64,000 bases of DNA, taken from NCBI GenBank assembly GCA_976551045.1, contig CDPCPM010000141.1, positions 15,314,001-15,378,000 of the forward strand. Reading direction: 5' to 3'. Origin of the DNA: Glaucostegus cemiculus (Eukaryota). Within the stretch, counting starts at the first letter, position 1. Every line of letters starts with the position of its first letter. The position numbers were made by a program, and so were the translations under genes. Positions 12,086-24,617 of this stretch are shown one piece after another. Below the pieces are notes generated by a model. It searched no databases. It worked only from the letters and a program-made list of their open reading frames with translations, and was not told where the DNA came from.

Positions 12086-13199
12086 TGGGCCAGAGAGATG
12101 TTCAATCAATAACAAGGATTGCTGTTAGTAAAAGTGAAGCTTGATTGCCATAAGAATAAATAGCTCTGCAATATTTTATACACAAAGATTATTTAAGCAG
12201 TAAATTAACAGTTTCTTTCCTCACCTTCTCAAAAGCTAATTTAACTGCTTTTTAGACAGGATAGATTAACACATTATAATTTGCCACTAGCCTGGAGCCA
12301 AAGTGATATCATATTTCTACATTTAATGAGCACAACAATACTAAATGGATTTTAATTTGTTTCTGCATTATAATATTATTTGTTATATATTATATTATCA
12401 GAATCATTCAATTGCAGAGAATGAGCTACATTCAGAAAATGTTCCCTCTCACGTGCCATACAACTGGACAGCCATATATGTAGTATGCTAACAATTGAGA
12501 GATCATCACTCTCCCAAAGTCTAGTGGGTGGACTTGTATAAACTGACATGCTCACATATGGATTTAAAGGCAAACTCATCTGCTAACATTCAGATCACCG
12601 GGATTGGTCTACTATTTGCAGAACCATCAGATACTCGGATTTGACTTCCTTCTGCTTTATCCATTTTAAGCTCTCAGCAAGGGAACTTCTGTTACTCCAT
12701 TCTTTGGGAGGGATGAACTGGAAGAGCATCAGTAACAAGAGTAACATTAACATCCCAATGAGGACAAGGATTACAACACTACAGCGGAGGCTGAGGAAGT
12801 GAATCTTCATATGGTAACTCCCAGCATGGATTACCCAGCTCACTGATTAGCAAAGGTTTGGGATTTTTCCGAAAATGAATATATCTAGATCCTGTGGTTC
12901 ATGAATAGGGAGTTGCTGATATATGTAACCTTCAACAGCAAGACCTGCTGAACCAATGCTAATTCTTTGTCACTGAATGAAATATCAGCACCGCTTACAA
13001 CTTTTCCACAGCAGATCTCTTCTGCGTGATGTTCTCCATCTCGCCCTGCCTGCAGTGCATAACTACATCATGCAGCTTACCAACGTCCTCTTTGACAGAG
13101 TAAACCAGCACACATCTTTCCCAATGGACACCAACAGCCAGACTGAGAGGTTGAAAGAATATGCAGCAGGGAATGACTGTTCTTGTGTCCAGTACATAA

Positions 13200-13400
13200 T
13201 CTTCTGCTCATTCTCTTGGGATGGTCTTTTGGGATCAATGGTGAGTTGCTTCCAGTCCAGAATTGTGGTTTCTGAGGTGCCTGACTGAGGTCAGTGTGGG
13301 AAAAACAGACCCTTCCACAGACAGGGGAGCAGGTGCCCTTTGGAGCAGGCGGATGGCTAGTTTGTGAGGTGATGTGTTCCTTTTGTTACTGTTAGCTGTT
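13200..13400 (-). mobile_element. RTE-clade LINE 3' end
   Basis: Minus-strand PVCGRVCFSH, the C-terminal zinc-knuckle remnant of RTE ORFs, followed by a short 3'UTR. Confidence 0.6.
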
Positions 13401-13479
13401 GTCTGTTCTGAATGAATGACTTGAAGATTTTAATATCATCCAGAGAACTCTTCATATTCATTGTTCATATTTGCTTATG

Positions 13480-13770
13480 ACTTAGGAGGCCATTCAGCCC
13501 AAGTCTATACTGGCTCAGACTAATCTTCTTATTCCAATTCCCCTGTAACCTATTCCCTTACACGTCAACTAACGCCCCTCTAATTCTCTTACAAAGTACT
13601 TACAACATGGACAATTGATAGTAGCTAGTCAACCTAACAACAAGCACATCATTGGAATGTGGAAAGAAATCGGAGCACACAGGAGAAACCCCAGCAGTCA
13701 CAAAAAGAATGTGCAATTTTCACATTGACAGCACTAGAGGTCAGGAGCAAACCCAGCTGTCACTGTGCCA
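13480..13770 (-). mobile_element. Older V-domain SINE
   Basis: GGAATGTGGAAAGAAATCGGAGCACACAGGAGAAACCC V-domain and a GGAGGCCATTCAGCCC CR1-like tail. Confidence 0.7.
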
Positions 13771-14194
13771 GGCTTTAATTCTTTTTAATTATTTTTTTGT
13801 TCTGACTTGTGCTGAGTAGAGAGTGGAAGGGCTTTGGGAAGTCAGGAGGTGAATTACTCTCTGCAGGATACTCAAATGCTGACCTACAAAACACCAATGG
13901 GCTCTGTAGCAGAACAGTGCTGAACTGACTCTCTCCTTTCTCAGTAACAATGCAAGCAGGCAGCTGGAACTACTACTGTCATCTTATAATATAGCTGAGA
14001 TCACAAAGTAAAACAAAACTTTGAGAAACTGCAAAAGAAATCAGTTCTAAACCAAAATATAGTGAAGATGCTAACAGTACCATGAGAGTTAGAACAATGT
14101 TATTTCACCCTTCATTATCCGTATGCTTTAAATAGAGATTTTACAGTCAGATTTGGGGAAACCTCCTTCTCTGCTTCTAATACTAATGGGTTTC

Positions 14195-14720
14195 TGTAGT
14201 GTCAGCAAGGATTTTTCTTTCCTAAAGAGGCTTTGAGAACAGCCTTGAATCTTTTTTTTCTGTGCAGTTACAGGTCCTCCCCAGAGCTGACTCAGCATAA
14301 ATAGCGTTTCGATACACTGAGGCTAGTTCACAAAACTTTCCACTGAATTGGAGGCTCTCGCAGAGACAGTGTTGGTGTTATTATTCCAGTGCCTTGAGGT
14401 GCCTGCTGAAGATAGTCCAGGTCTCAGATCAGGGTTCACTGCTGCCTGGTAAGCCAAGAGTTTTGTGTCAGGACTGAGATCTTGATTTTCAAGTATCCTT
14501 TCCCTCAAACAACCAAAAGCTTTGCTGGTACCTTGAAGGAGATGGTAAATGTCTGCCTTCACTGAAAGGTAGCTCCCAAGATTTGGATCAGAGGGCAGTG
14601 TTGTGCTGTGGGGAAAAGTTGGTAGAGGATTCTTGTCTTGTGAATGTTGAGTGCAATTGCCATCCTCTTGTATGCCTCATTGATCAAGCTTAGAGTTTGG
14701 CTTCTGAGTGTCAGCAAATC
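14195..14720 (-). mobile_element. RTE-clade LINE RT fragment, decayed
   Basis: KADIYHLLQGTSKAFGCLRERILENQDLSPDTKLLAYQAAV and KKRFKAVLKASL. It may belong to the same insertion as 13200-13400. Confidence 0.8.
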
Positions 14721-16079
14721 TAAGCATTCACTACCTGCTGCAACTCACGGACTGACTTACAAGTAACTTGATTCTGGAGCATATTAACAATAATTTTGAT
14801 AGGTTTCCCACTGGTTCCAATGAGCTTCACTGCTACAGGAAGTTGGTTGGTAGTGTGGTGAAAGATTGAGAAGGCTGCTTCATCCTCCCAACACTTCTCG
14901 ATACATAATAAACTGCAGTCAGCTCGCTATCAGGTTGGTGGAAAGCAAGCCAAGAGCTCATGTCCCTGAGCAAGTTACCACATTAGCAACATACAGCTGG
15001 TTGTATGTTATAAGAACATGAAGACATAAAAAAAAAGAGCATGAGTAGGTCACTCGGCACCTTAAGCCTGCTCTGTCAACCAATATGGCAGATTGTCCCA
15101 GCCTATATCCTATTTTGTTCCAGTTATGTATTGTATTTACCTCACCATGAACTCCCCAAAATTAAAACTGGTACTTTTGTCCTGAGAGTTTATTTGATTT
15201 ATGTTAATCTCCTGACAAAGAGAATGCATATGGGAGTTCTTCAAAATACTATTTTTTGCACTCAAGCGAAATGATCTATTAATACATTTGTCACTATTCT
15301 GTTTTCTATCCTGTATATGGATTTACACAGTGTTATGAGAAGCTACTAATGAGTGAAGATGCAATATCACCTGTCAAAATAGTATCACAATACATACATC
15401 CTAATAGACAAAATCTGAAAGTGAAGTAAAAAAGCCTTCAGAACACAAAACATTATAAGACAAAAATTATTAAAATGAGGGTATATTACATGCCATAAGA
15501 TATGGAGAATGAAAAAAGTCTCAGATAATAAGAGGCTCAAATAGGATGGATGACTCTATATTACAAAAAGAAAATTGCAGTGTGGAGAAATATGCTTACA
15601 CCAGGGATCCACATATATCAAAGCTGGATGCAAATTGATTTCACTGCCTATCAAAGCACAGCAAGCCAACAAAACAATTGCAAACAGACTCATATCGGCA
15701 GAAAAGCTGCACATCAAGCCATGTGTACAGAGGAAAAGATCAGCAGACAGATACGTAGCTCAAATTAGCATTTAACTGAAATGTTGTCATTAACTGTAAC
15801 AGAATCATTGTTATGCATTCCACATATTTTCAGACAGAAAGATAAACAAGAAAATATCAACCACTCCACTCACTTCTTTTTTAAAATATTAGTTAACTAA
15901 TAGATGCAAGTACATGAAAGCTTGTTTTTGAGGTTTCTTAACCTACTCCTGGAGATGCTGATTTACACTTTGGGTGGGATTCCATAAGGACCAATTATTT
16001 TTCTGTTCAGGGACTGTTATTTATGTATAACCCTGGTCATCTTTATAAATCATCACATGAAGAACTTAGGAGATGAAGG

Positions 16080-16340
16080 CAAGACAAAGAGGTCACTTGG
16101 AGATTGTAAGCCAACAATAACACTGCAGATGGTGGTCAGAAATAGGAGATTCTGCTTCCATTCCCCCCTTCCCTTCCCCTCCCCTCCCAATAAATGCAGA
16201 GGTACTGAAGTCGTGGTATGGCAACTGCTGTCTTGGCTGAGTTCTGCTAACTCAGCACAGATGATAGATTGAACCCATGAACCAGGTCTATGTGGCTTAT
16301 TTCCACACTGGCTAGTGCAATTACTCATAGAGCTATCTCA
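16080..16340 (-). mobile_element. Ancient SINE-like relic (related copy near 25295-25600, plus strand)
   Basis: tRNA-like head (GGGTTCAATC on the minus strand) followed by TGTGCTGAGTTAGCAGAACTCAGC; loose similarity to the 25.3-kb sequence. Confidence 0.4.
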
Positions 16341-19300
16341 GGGCTCAATACAAATACTCATTACTGATGTAATTGTTACCCAATATACTTGGGCCATAAT
16401 TCAAAGAGTGAATTTGTGTGATCTTTCAAGACACAACTTTGCAGTATTAATAATCTCATTAAACCATGCAAAACATCTTAATTTTGTTGAATCCATGGAA
16501 CATAATGAAAGGAAGTCAAAATTCTGTGTGGCCAGCAATGTATTGAATGAAATCAAGCACTCACTAATAGCTTATTCACTCTCACATATCTTCCAGTGCT
16601 TCAGTACAGGGTCAATTGGCAGAAGTCAGGAAATCATTTAAACACCAGGGATTGTTGTATGCTGCACTTGGAATCAAAAGGAAAGGAAAGAAACAAAAAA
16701 ATGAGAGCAAACAAAGTGCCACAAATCATGTCTACAAAATACTCAGTTATGGTCAGTCTGCGATCTCAAACACCCTGCAGGATACTGTCAGGGGGCATGA
16801 GATGAAGGATTGTAGCTACAATGTTGTAGACTTACCCATAAATAAGGCTCCCAGTGAGTGTGGCCTCCTTCTGGGAGCGCTTGTCTGTGGAAATGTCCCT
16901 TAAATCTTTAATCAGCATGTAACAAGATTATTGATGCAGAGCTCAGCGTCTGGAAGTCAAAGAGTAAGATGGGGAGGTGCCATGACTATTATATGCCAAC
17001 ACTAGTCTAGTAGATAGTAATCAGAAAGGAGACTTTCCTTGTCACCCAACTGAGTTCATCACTTAAAACTGAATTTTATTAATTTCCACTTACAGTTAAT
17101 TGTCTCCAACAGTAACAGCTGGGGTCTGTTAACGATTTCACCTTCCTAGATAAATATCTTATCTAGTGCATGAAATGAAACTTCGCCTGGGTTTCCAGTC
17201 ATGATCCTTGTCAATGTTTCATGCATTGAGGTCCATCTCATATTGGATTCAGCTACATTTTCTGAAGCTCAATAACTTTTTTTGAAAGGAGAAAAAACTT
17301 CAAACTTCAGTAATAAAATAAGAAATAAAAATATATTTATATTATATTTCAGGGTTCAGAATTGAACAATTGTGTTGGGCAATAAAGTATTTGTCCTAAT
17401 ATCAAAATGTAACATCTTCTTGAGTTTTCAAATGCACTGGTAATAAACTATGCCTTGTCATTACATTGGGCACTCTATACTCAGGCAATTCTCAAAGTTT
17501 CATATGATGATTTTAGAATTATATTCAGTGGAAATTTTAAATATGAAATACTGTCTCAACGCTAGCACAGCAGAACCTAAAAGCAATGCGATTTGCTTGC
17601 CAAACTCATATGTTGTCAACCCTGCATGATTTCCTGAGGTTGACCTGACTATTCATAGAATGCTCCAGGATCCAGATTTAGCTCGTCAGTGGGAGCTCCC
17701 TGTGAGTACTGATCAGGAAATTGTACACAGTTGCAGCTCTTCAAAGTGCATATATTTGTTGGTGACAGAGATCAAATTACTGACCAAAAATTATTTTCTG
17801 CTCAAAAGTGTAGCTGGATGAATAACACTGCAAGCAAATCTCTTTCCAGATGGTTCATTGATTTTCATTCTCAGTATGTGGCCACTAGTGGTAAGGCCAC
17901 ATTCTATGCCTGGGAGGGCAATGAGCCATCTACTTGCACTCTAGCACTTATGGAGCTGATGCTTCCAGTATTAATAGCAGATATTTAACAACTCAATGCA
18001 TTGGAGGTGCATCACAGGTAATGGGGTTGAATTGTGCAATCAGTGTAGGTAGGAATGTCAGTTCATTTTCCTGAAGGAAATCAGTGAACCCACTGGGTTT
18101 TCACATCTATTGTTTTATTGCTATTTATTTATAAGATCTGCAGATCTATGGTGTGACCAGCAATTATAGTTCAGATGAGGGAAGGGTGACAAATGTTCTT
18201 ACCTGAAATACATCCAAAAAAACAGATGAGATCTTATAACAGTCCAGTAGTTTAATAGTTACCATTATTGATACAAGTTTTCATTTCAGATTTAGTTAAT
18301 TGCTTTCACTTTGATCCAGTGGAATGCCTTAGAACTCACAAAGGCATTTGAATTGTGTAGTGGATCCCATGATGGCAATAGACTCTGGAGAATACTTGGA
18401 GGGACACCTTGTTCTTCTCTCTGTTCTGGATAGGTAAGAAGGATTGTGCACTGAGCCACAATGTATTGATGAGCTGCTTGATGCATCTGTGCAATATGGC
18501 ATTGACCAAACCTTCCCATCACTTCTAAGAGGGAGGAATTCCTATTGAAAGCCTTCAGATGCAAATGTATAAACAAATTCTCCTTGGTGATGGTTAAAAT
18601 TGACACGGGTTTCCTACATAACTTTATCCTAACATGCAGTTTCATGCACAATGTACTTCTTAGGCTGGTGAGCCATTATTAATATGCCTGTGTTCATGAT
18701 TGCTTATAATAGCAACGATGCTAGGCAATGCAACATAACAGTCCAGTATTTTAATGCATGGGAAGCTGTAATTTAATTCTGTGCAGTTTTCATCCTCAAT
18801 ATTTATTTGTTTGTTCCACTTAAATGATTTTGTGCACTCAAAATGGGAACATTTTATCCAGAGAATCAAGGACTGGAGTTGATGATGTTGTGGCCTTAGC
18901 AGCAGAATCTGGAGCTTGGGGTCAATAATCATGGCTGGCCAGCTTAAACCAAGTAATTCTTTAGAGAATAATTCTTCCCTGCAGGGAGAAAGTTTCACCT
19001 TGTGCTCAAAATAAATACAACTCTGGCAAGAACAGTTATTCAATATTACAAATGCTATATATATTTACTTTCTGAGAAAATCTGAAGTAAAATTGACTTA
19101 TGATCGCATCACACTTCTGTGCATGCCTCAAAAAAATTCATAAGTGCATTAAATCAATAATCTTTTATTACCTGGATTAAAACTGTGTAATACACAAGGT
19201 GCAAGCTGTACAACAACAGTAACAGAAAAGACAAACAAACAAAACATCTTTAATATCATAAAACATCTGAGGCCTTTCACAAGAGTTATCAAATAAAATT

Positions 19301-19400
19301 TAACACTGAGCCAAACAAGGAATTATTAAGTCAGAGGAATCAATTCCTTGGTCACAGAGATAGTTTTTAAGAAGTGCCTTAAAGGTGGAAAACCAGAGTA

Positions 19401-19473
19401 AGAGAGTGAGAGAGTGAGAGAGTGAGAGAGTGAGAGAGTGAGAGAGTGAGAGAGTGAGAGAGTGAGAGAGAGT
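19401..19473. repeat. (AGAGAGTG)n microsatellite abutting the gap
   Basis: About 9 near-perfect 8-bp units. Confidence 0.95.
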
Positions 19474-19637
19474 NNNNNNNNNNNNNNNNNNNNNNNNNNN
19501 NNNNNNNNNNNNNNNNNNNNNNNNNNNNNNNNNNNNNNNNNNNNNNNNNNNNNNNNNNNNNNNNNNNNNNNNNNNNNNNNNNNNNNNNNNNNNNNNNNNN
19601 NNNNNNNNNNNNNNNNNNNNNNNNNNNNNNNNNNNNN
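19474..19637. other. Assembly gap (164 N)
   Basis: Run of N. Confidence 1.
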
Positions 19638-20381
19638 AATTGTATTATTTAGAGCTTTGATTATTGAATCCACAGCCATCAATACTGAAGCAATTAAAAG
19701 TGGAAATGATGAAGAGACCAGGATTTGAAGTTTATAGGGCCAAATGAGATGATAAAGAAAGCCATCGAGTGACTTGAAGACAGGAAAGAAAATTTAGAAA
19801 TCATGAGGGTGCCTAACTGGTAGGCAGTATAGTCAATAAGGACATGAGGTGATGCATCAGTTGCCTGTGCAATCTTGATACTGGGCCACAGAGTTTTGGA
19901 TGATCTCAAGTTTATGGGGGGGAAGGGATGGAGAATGTTAGCCAGTTATGCACTGCAGTAGTCAAGTGTAGAGGCAAGTTTTCAGCTGTTGGGGAACCGA
20001 GGCATGGCTGGAGTCAGATGATGTCATGGTGGGAGTAGGCAGCTTTATGATAGAATGGATGTGTAGTTTAAAGCTTGGGGTCAAATATGATGAAAAGTTG
20101 TAACAGGCCAGCCAACTTCAGCCAGTTGCCAGGCAATGAGGGAGTTGTGCCAATGGAATTCTCATTATTATTTAATTGGTTCAGAAATTCATTAAACACT
20201 ATTGAGTAAACAAAGGATTGCTAATGAATCAACAAGCAATTTCTCAACTTGACAGAAATTAATTACTGTAAATTCTGTCAATATTCCATAGTTAGAGAAT
20301 GTAACTCAGTGGCTACAACTAGAAAAAATATTGGAGTATTTTAATGAAACAATTTGCACTGTTTGATTTTACAGTATATAT

Positions 20382-23300
20382 CAATAGAACAATAGAACAA
20401 TAGAACAATACAGCACAGAACAGGCCCTTCGGCCCATCAAGCTGTGCCATCCTACAAACATCTCCCAAACTAACTCTTTCCACCCTCATATCCTACTATT
20501 CCACATTCTTCCATGTGCTTATCTAACAATCTCTTAAACCTGTCCAACGTATCTACCTCCACTACCACCCCAGGCAGTGCATTCCATGCACCAACCACTC
20601 TCTGGGTGAAAAACTTCCCTCTGACGTCTCCCCTATACTTTTCACCTATTATCTTAAAGGCATGCCCTCTCGTCTTGAGCATCTGCGCTCTGGGAAAGAG
20701 GCGCTGACTATTAACTCTATCTATTCCTCTCAATATCTTAAACACCTCTATCAAGTCCCCTCTCATCCTCCTCCTCTCTAATGAGTAGAGCCCTAACACC
20801 TTAAGCCTCTCTTTATATTCCATACCCTCCAATCCAGGCATCATCCTGGTAAAACGCCTCTGCACCCTCTCCAACGCCTCCACATCCTTCCTATAATGCG
20901 GCGACCAAAACTGAACACAATATTCCAAGTGCGGCCTAACTAGAGTTTTGTAAAGCAGCATCATCACCTCTCTGCTCTTGAACTCAATCCCTTTATTTAT
21001 AAAAGCCAACATCCCATAAGCCTTCTTAACAGCCCTATCCACCTGCGAGGCAACTTTGAGCGAACTGTGGATATGAACCCCCAGATCCCTCTGCTCCTCT
21101 ACACTGCCAAGAACCTTACCATTTACCTTATACTCTGTCCTGGAGTTTGTCCTCCCAAAGTGCACCACCTCACACTTCTCCGGATTAAACTCCATCTGCC
21201 ACCTATCAGCCCATTTCTGCATCCTATCAATATCCCCCTGTAAGCTCCTACAGTCCTCCACACTATCTACCACACCACCGATCTTGGTGTCATCTGCAAA
21301 CTTACCAACCCATCCCTCCACTCCTTCATCCAAATCATCTATGAATATAACAAAGAGTAGAGGCCCCAGAACCGATCCCTGCGGGACTCCACTAGTCACA
21401 GCCCTCCAATCCGAGGGCACTCCCTCCACCATAACCCTCTGCCTTCTACAGGAAAGCCAATTTCTTATCCACACAGCCAACCTCCCCTGGATACCTCGAC
21501 CTCTGACCTTCTGAAGAAGCCTGCCATGAGGAACCTTATCGAACGCCTTACTAAAATCCATATACACTACATCCACCGCCCTGCCCTCATCAAGCTTCCT
21601 CGTCACCTCCTCAAAGAACTCTATCAGGCTCGTGAGGCAAGATCTTCCCTTCACAAAGCCATGCTGACTGTCCCTAATCAGTCCATGACTCTCCAAGTGC
21701 TCATAGATCCTGTCCCTCAAAATCCTTTCCAACAGCTTACCTACCACAGACGTGAGGCTCACCGGTCTGTAATTTCCCGGACTATCTCTACTGCCCTTCT
21801 TAAACAAGGGAACAATATCTGCTACTCGCCAATCCTCCGGCACCATCCCCGTGGACAACGAGGACGCAAAGATCCTCACCAGCGGATCAATAATCTCCTC
21901 CCTCGCCTCCCGAAGCAGCCTGGGGAATATTCCATCGGGCCCCGGAGACTTATCAGTCTTGATACTACTTAACAATTTCATCACCTCCTCCCTCTCTATA
22001 GCTACATACTCAAGAATATTACCCTTGTCAGCACTCACTGTCACATCATCAAGGCCCCTCTCCTTGGTGAATACAGAGGAGAAGTATTCATTAAGTACCT
22101 CCCCTACCTCTGCTGCCTCCAGGCACATCCTCCCACCTTTGTCCTTAATAGGCCCTACCTTTACCCTAGTCATCCTTCTGCCCTTCACATAAGAGAAAAA
22201 AGCCTTGGGATTTTCCTTAACCCTACGAGCCAACATCTTTTCATGTCCCCTTCTAGCTCTCCTCAGCTCTTTCTTAAGTTCCCTTCTCACTATACTATAC
22301 TCCTCACGGGCCAAATCAGAGCCTTGCCGCTTACACCTTACGTAAGCCTCCTTCTTCCTCCTAACCAGTCTTTCTACCTCTCTTGTCACCCACGGTTCCT
22401 TCACTATTCCATTCTTCCTCCGTCTTGCCGGAACATATCTGTCCCCAACATCCTGTAAAACATCCCTGAACAACGTCCACATCTCTACAGTACACATCCC
22501 CTCAAAAAGGACTTCCCAATTTACACTCCCAAGCTCTTTCCTTATAGCCTCATAGTCTGCCCTACCCCAATTGAATATCTTCCTATGCTCCCTGCACTTA
22601 TGCCTGTCCATGACAATTCTAAAGCTTATCGAGGAATGATCACTGTCTCCCAGAGGCTCACCCACTAGTAGATCTCTCACCTGTCCCGGTTCATTTCCTA
22701 AGACCAGATCCAACACAGCATTCCCTCTAGTCGGTTTGTCAACATACTGCTCCAGAAATCCATCCTGGACACACTTAACAAACTCATTCCCATCCAAACC
22801 TCTGGCACTGAGCATGTCCCAGTCTATATTCGGGAAGTTGAAATCACCCATTATTACAACCCTATTATCTTTGCTTCTGTCCAAGCACTGCCTGCCAATC
22901 TGCTCCTCTATATCCCTACTGCTACCTGGGGGCCTATAGTATACTCCCAGCAGCGTAACCACACTTTTCCTATTCCTCACTTCCACCCACACCGACTCGA
23001 AAGAGGATCCTTCCGCAAACTCAGCCCTTTCCGCAGCCGTAACATCATCTCTGACCAATATCGCCACCCCTCCTCCTCTTCTCCCCCCCTCCCTATCCTT
23101 TTTAAAACACTGAAAACCAGGAATGTTCAATACCCACTCCTGCCCTGACGACAGCCACGTCTCAGTTATGGCTACAATATCATAATCCCCCATACCTATC
23201 CAAGCCCTCAATTCATCACCCTTATTCCTAACACTTCTCGCATTAAAATAAACACACTTTAACCCATCCAATTTAACCCTTTTATAGCCCTCATCCTGCC

Positions 23301-23551
23301 TCTCTCTCCCCAAAGCCTCATCACCTGCTCGATGCAACTCATCTCCATCTTCAGTACATGTCGACGTGATCCTGCATACCTCCTCCTTTAAGCCATGTTG
23401 GTTTCCCTTGCCTTGCCTGTTTAGTTTATCCACCTTTTTACTATTACTGCCTGTACACTGCTTCTCCTTCCTCAAAGCAACTCCATTTGTCAGATCTGCC
23501 TTTTCTGTAATCCCTACATCCTCTGACCAGCCCTCCTGGTTCCCAACCCCC
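20382..23551 (-). mobile_element. Young CR1 LINE, 5'-truncated (no ORF1), complete 3' end
   Basis: 3' tail (TTCTATTG)x3 at 20382-20405, conserved GGGCCGAAGGGCCTGTT 3'UTR motif, sharp GC step against the flanks, candidate TSD ATATC at 20378-20382 and 23552-23556. Confidence 0.95.
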
Positions 23552-23553
23552 AT
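20470..23553 (-). CDS. CR1 ORF2 protein: APE endonuclease + reverse transcriptase (1027 aa, uninterrupted)
   Basis: EN motifs YFNARS, AITETWL, YYRPP, GDFN, LDLVL, SDH. RT motifs YRPVSLTS, QHGFVKGRSC, DFSKAFD, GVPQGSVLGP, FADD. CR1 C-terminus RRRMRGDLIEVFK..FFTQRVV. Confidence 0.93.
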   Translation of the reverse strand: MGVGNQEGWSEDVGITEKADLTNGVALRKEKQCTGSNSKKVDKLNRQGKGNQHGLKEEVCRITSTCTEDGDELHRAGDEALGRERQDEGYKRVKLDGLKCVYFNARSVRNKGDELRAWIGMGDYDIVAITETWLSSGQEWVLNIPGFQCFKKDREGGRRGGGVAILVRDDVTAAERAEFAEGSSFESVWVEVRNRKSVVTLLGVYYRPPGSSRDIEEQIGRQCLDRSKDNRVVIMGDFNFPNIDWDMLSARGLDGNEFVKCVQDGFLEQYVDKPTRGNAVLDLVLGNEPGQVRDLLVGEPLGDSDHSSISFRIVMDRHKCREHRKIFNWGRADYEAIRKELGSVNWEVLFEGMCTVEMWTLFRDVLQDVGDRYVPARRRKNGIVKEPWVTREVERLVRRKKEAYVRCKRQGSDLAREEYSIVRRELKKELRRARRGHEKMLARRVKENPKAFFSYVKGRRMTRVKVGPIKDKGGRMCLEAAEVGEVLNEYFSSVFTKERGLDDVTVSADKGNILEYVAIEREEVMKLLSSIKTDKSPGPDGIFPRLLREAREEIIDPLVRIFASSLSTGMVPEDWRVADIVPLFKKGSRDSPGNYRPVSLTSVVGKLLERILRDRIYEHLESHGLIRDSQHGFVKGRSCLTSLIEFFEEVTRKLDEGRAVDVVYMDFSKAFDKVPHGRLLQKVRGRGIQGRLAVWIRNWLSCRRQRVMVEGVPSDWRAVTSGVPQGSVLGPLLFVIFIDDLDEGVEGWVGKFADDTKIGGVVDSVEDCRSLQGDIDRMQKWADRWQMEFNPEKCEVVHFGRTNSRTEYKVNGKVLGSVEEQRDLGVHIHSSLKVASQVDRAVKKAYGMLAFINKGIEFKSREVMMLLYKTLVRPHLEYCVQFWSPHYRKDVEALERVQRRFTRMMPGLEGMEYKERLKVLGLYSLERRRMRGDLIEVFKILRGIDRVNSQRLFPRAQMLKTRGHAFKIIGEKYRGDVRGKFFTQRVVGAWNALPGVVVEVDTLDRFKRLLDKHMEECGIVGYEGGKS

Positions 23554-24617
23554 ATCCTTACACCTTCAGTATGCACAAAGTTAACATTTAAAATTTCTGT
23601 TCCAAATACTAAGTAAAATAATTCATTCATCTCTCTATCCTTCCTTTTATGAATTAATGAGGTGAAGTTCAACTTCAGCTCTGGAGGTGGGGGATGCAAA
23701 GTGGACCATGAAACCATAAAGCAACCCAATGTGCATGCAAATTGAAATAGATACCGTTTGCTAGGCAAAATGCATTAAATTGGCTTCATGCTGAATCTTT
23801 TCCATCAAAAAGAAATGCCAACGGATAACTAGGAAAAACTAACACAATGCAAGCTGTGAAGTTAATAACCCTTGGTATACTGTCCATCTGTCAAAGGCAA
23901 AATGTCACTCGTCATTAGCAAAGTTTAAACATTACAAGCACATGGTGTCAATCACATTATCCATTTTAGTAATCATCATTTCCTGCACGTAACACATTCC
24001 CAAAGATATGCAAAATCCAAATCAATCTAATTTGAAAATACTGAGTTTAAAGGCAGTCCAAAAGCATAAGTCAGAGACCATTTACTTTCCAACCAGATGG
24101 TTCTAGATTTGACCCCTGGGTTTGTCTATCAGATTTGCTCAGATCAGACTTTATTTCTTAACCAACAGCAGCCACTCTTCAAAACCCACGCTTTGTGAGT
24201 CATTTTGTCATCCCTTCATAGAATCGCTAATGCAGCTCTCCAAGTGGCTTTGATACAGAATGCCATGGCAAGAAACATGAACAGGTGAGAGAAGACTTGC
24301 TGACTTTTTATATTTCCATGGACATTAGTGTTAGTAGACCAGAAAAATCAATTCTAATTTACGGTCGAGGAAGTAGACACTAAGCAATTCATGCAGCACA
24401 GTGAACACATGCTTATTCCGCACCACAGTAAACAAACTACCGTTCTGGATTGGCCTTCATTAATTGCTGCAAAATGTCTTGCCCCAGCCAGAGTATGATC
24501 AGTCAATTTCATGATGTATAGATTTTATTATTGCTTCACAGATTGTAGTTATTAGAGGTCAATCACCCCAGCCTCAGGATCGTAGCCTAAGCCCAGCCAT
24601 GTTCAGCTGGTTTATTG

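Larger units (their letters stand above)
19250..20160 (-). mobile_element. L2-type LINE relic spanning the gap
   Basis: Minus-strand STLDYCSA (SRLDYCN-like motif) near 19950-19975, with L2-like 3' sequence on the flanks. Confidence 0.5.

Noticed and set aside
12977-13288. 103-aa ORF or exon with acceptor TTTTCCACAG and donor ATG/GTGAGT
   Set aside because: The peptide is unrecognisable and the donor lies inside an antisense RTE 3' end. An exonised non-coding exon cannot be excluded without RNA data.
18292-18651. Possible Harbinger transposase relic (LQ/YSPE..LHN-like words)
   Set aside because: Similarity is too weak and needs frameshifts; an HMM search would be needed.
19326-19728. ORFs spanning the microsatellite
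   Set aside because: Artefacts of the N gap and the (AGAGAGTG)n repeat.
20513-23584. Plus-strand ORFs antisense to CR1 ORF2
   Set aside because: Shadow ORFs of a GC-richer coding strand; no independent motifs.
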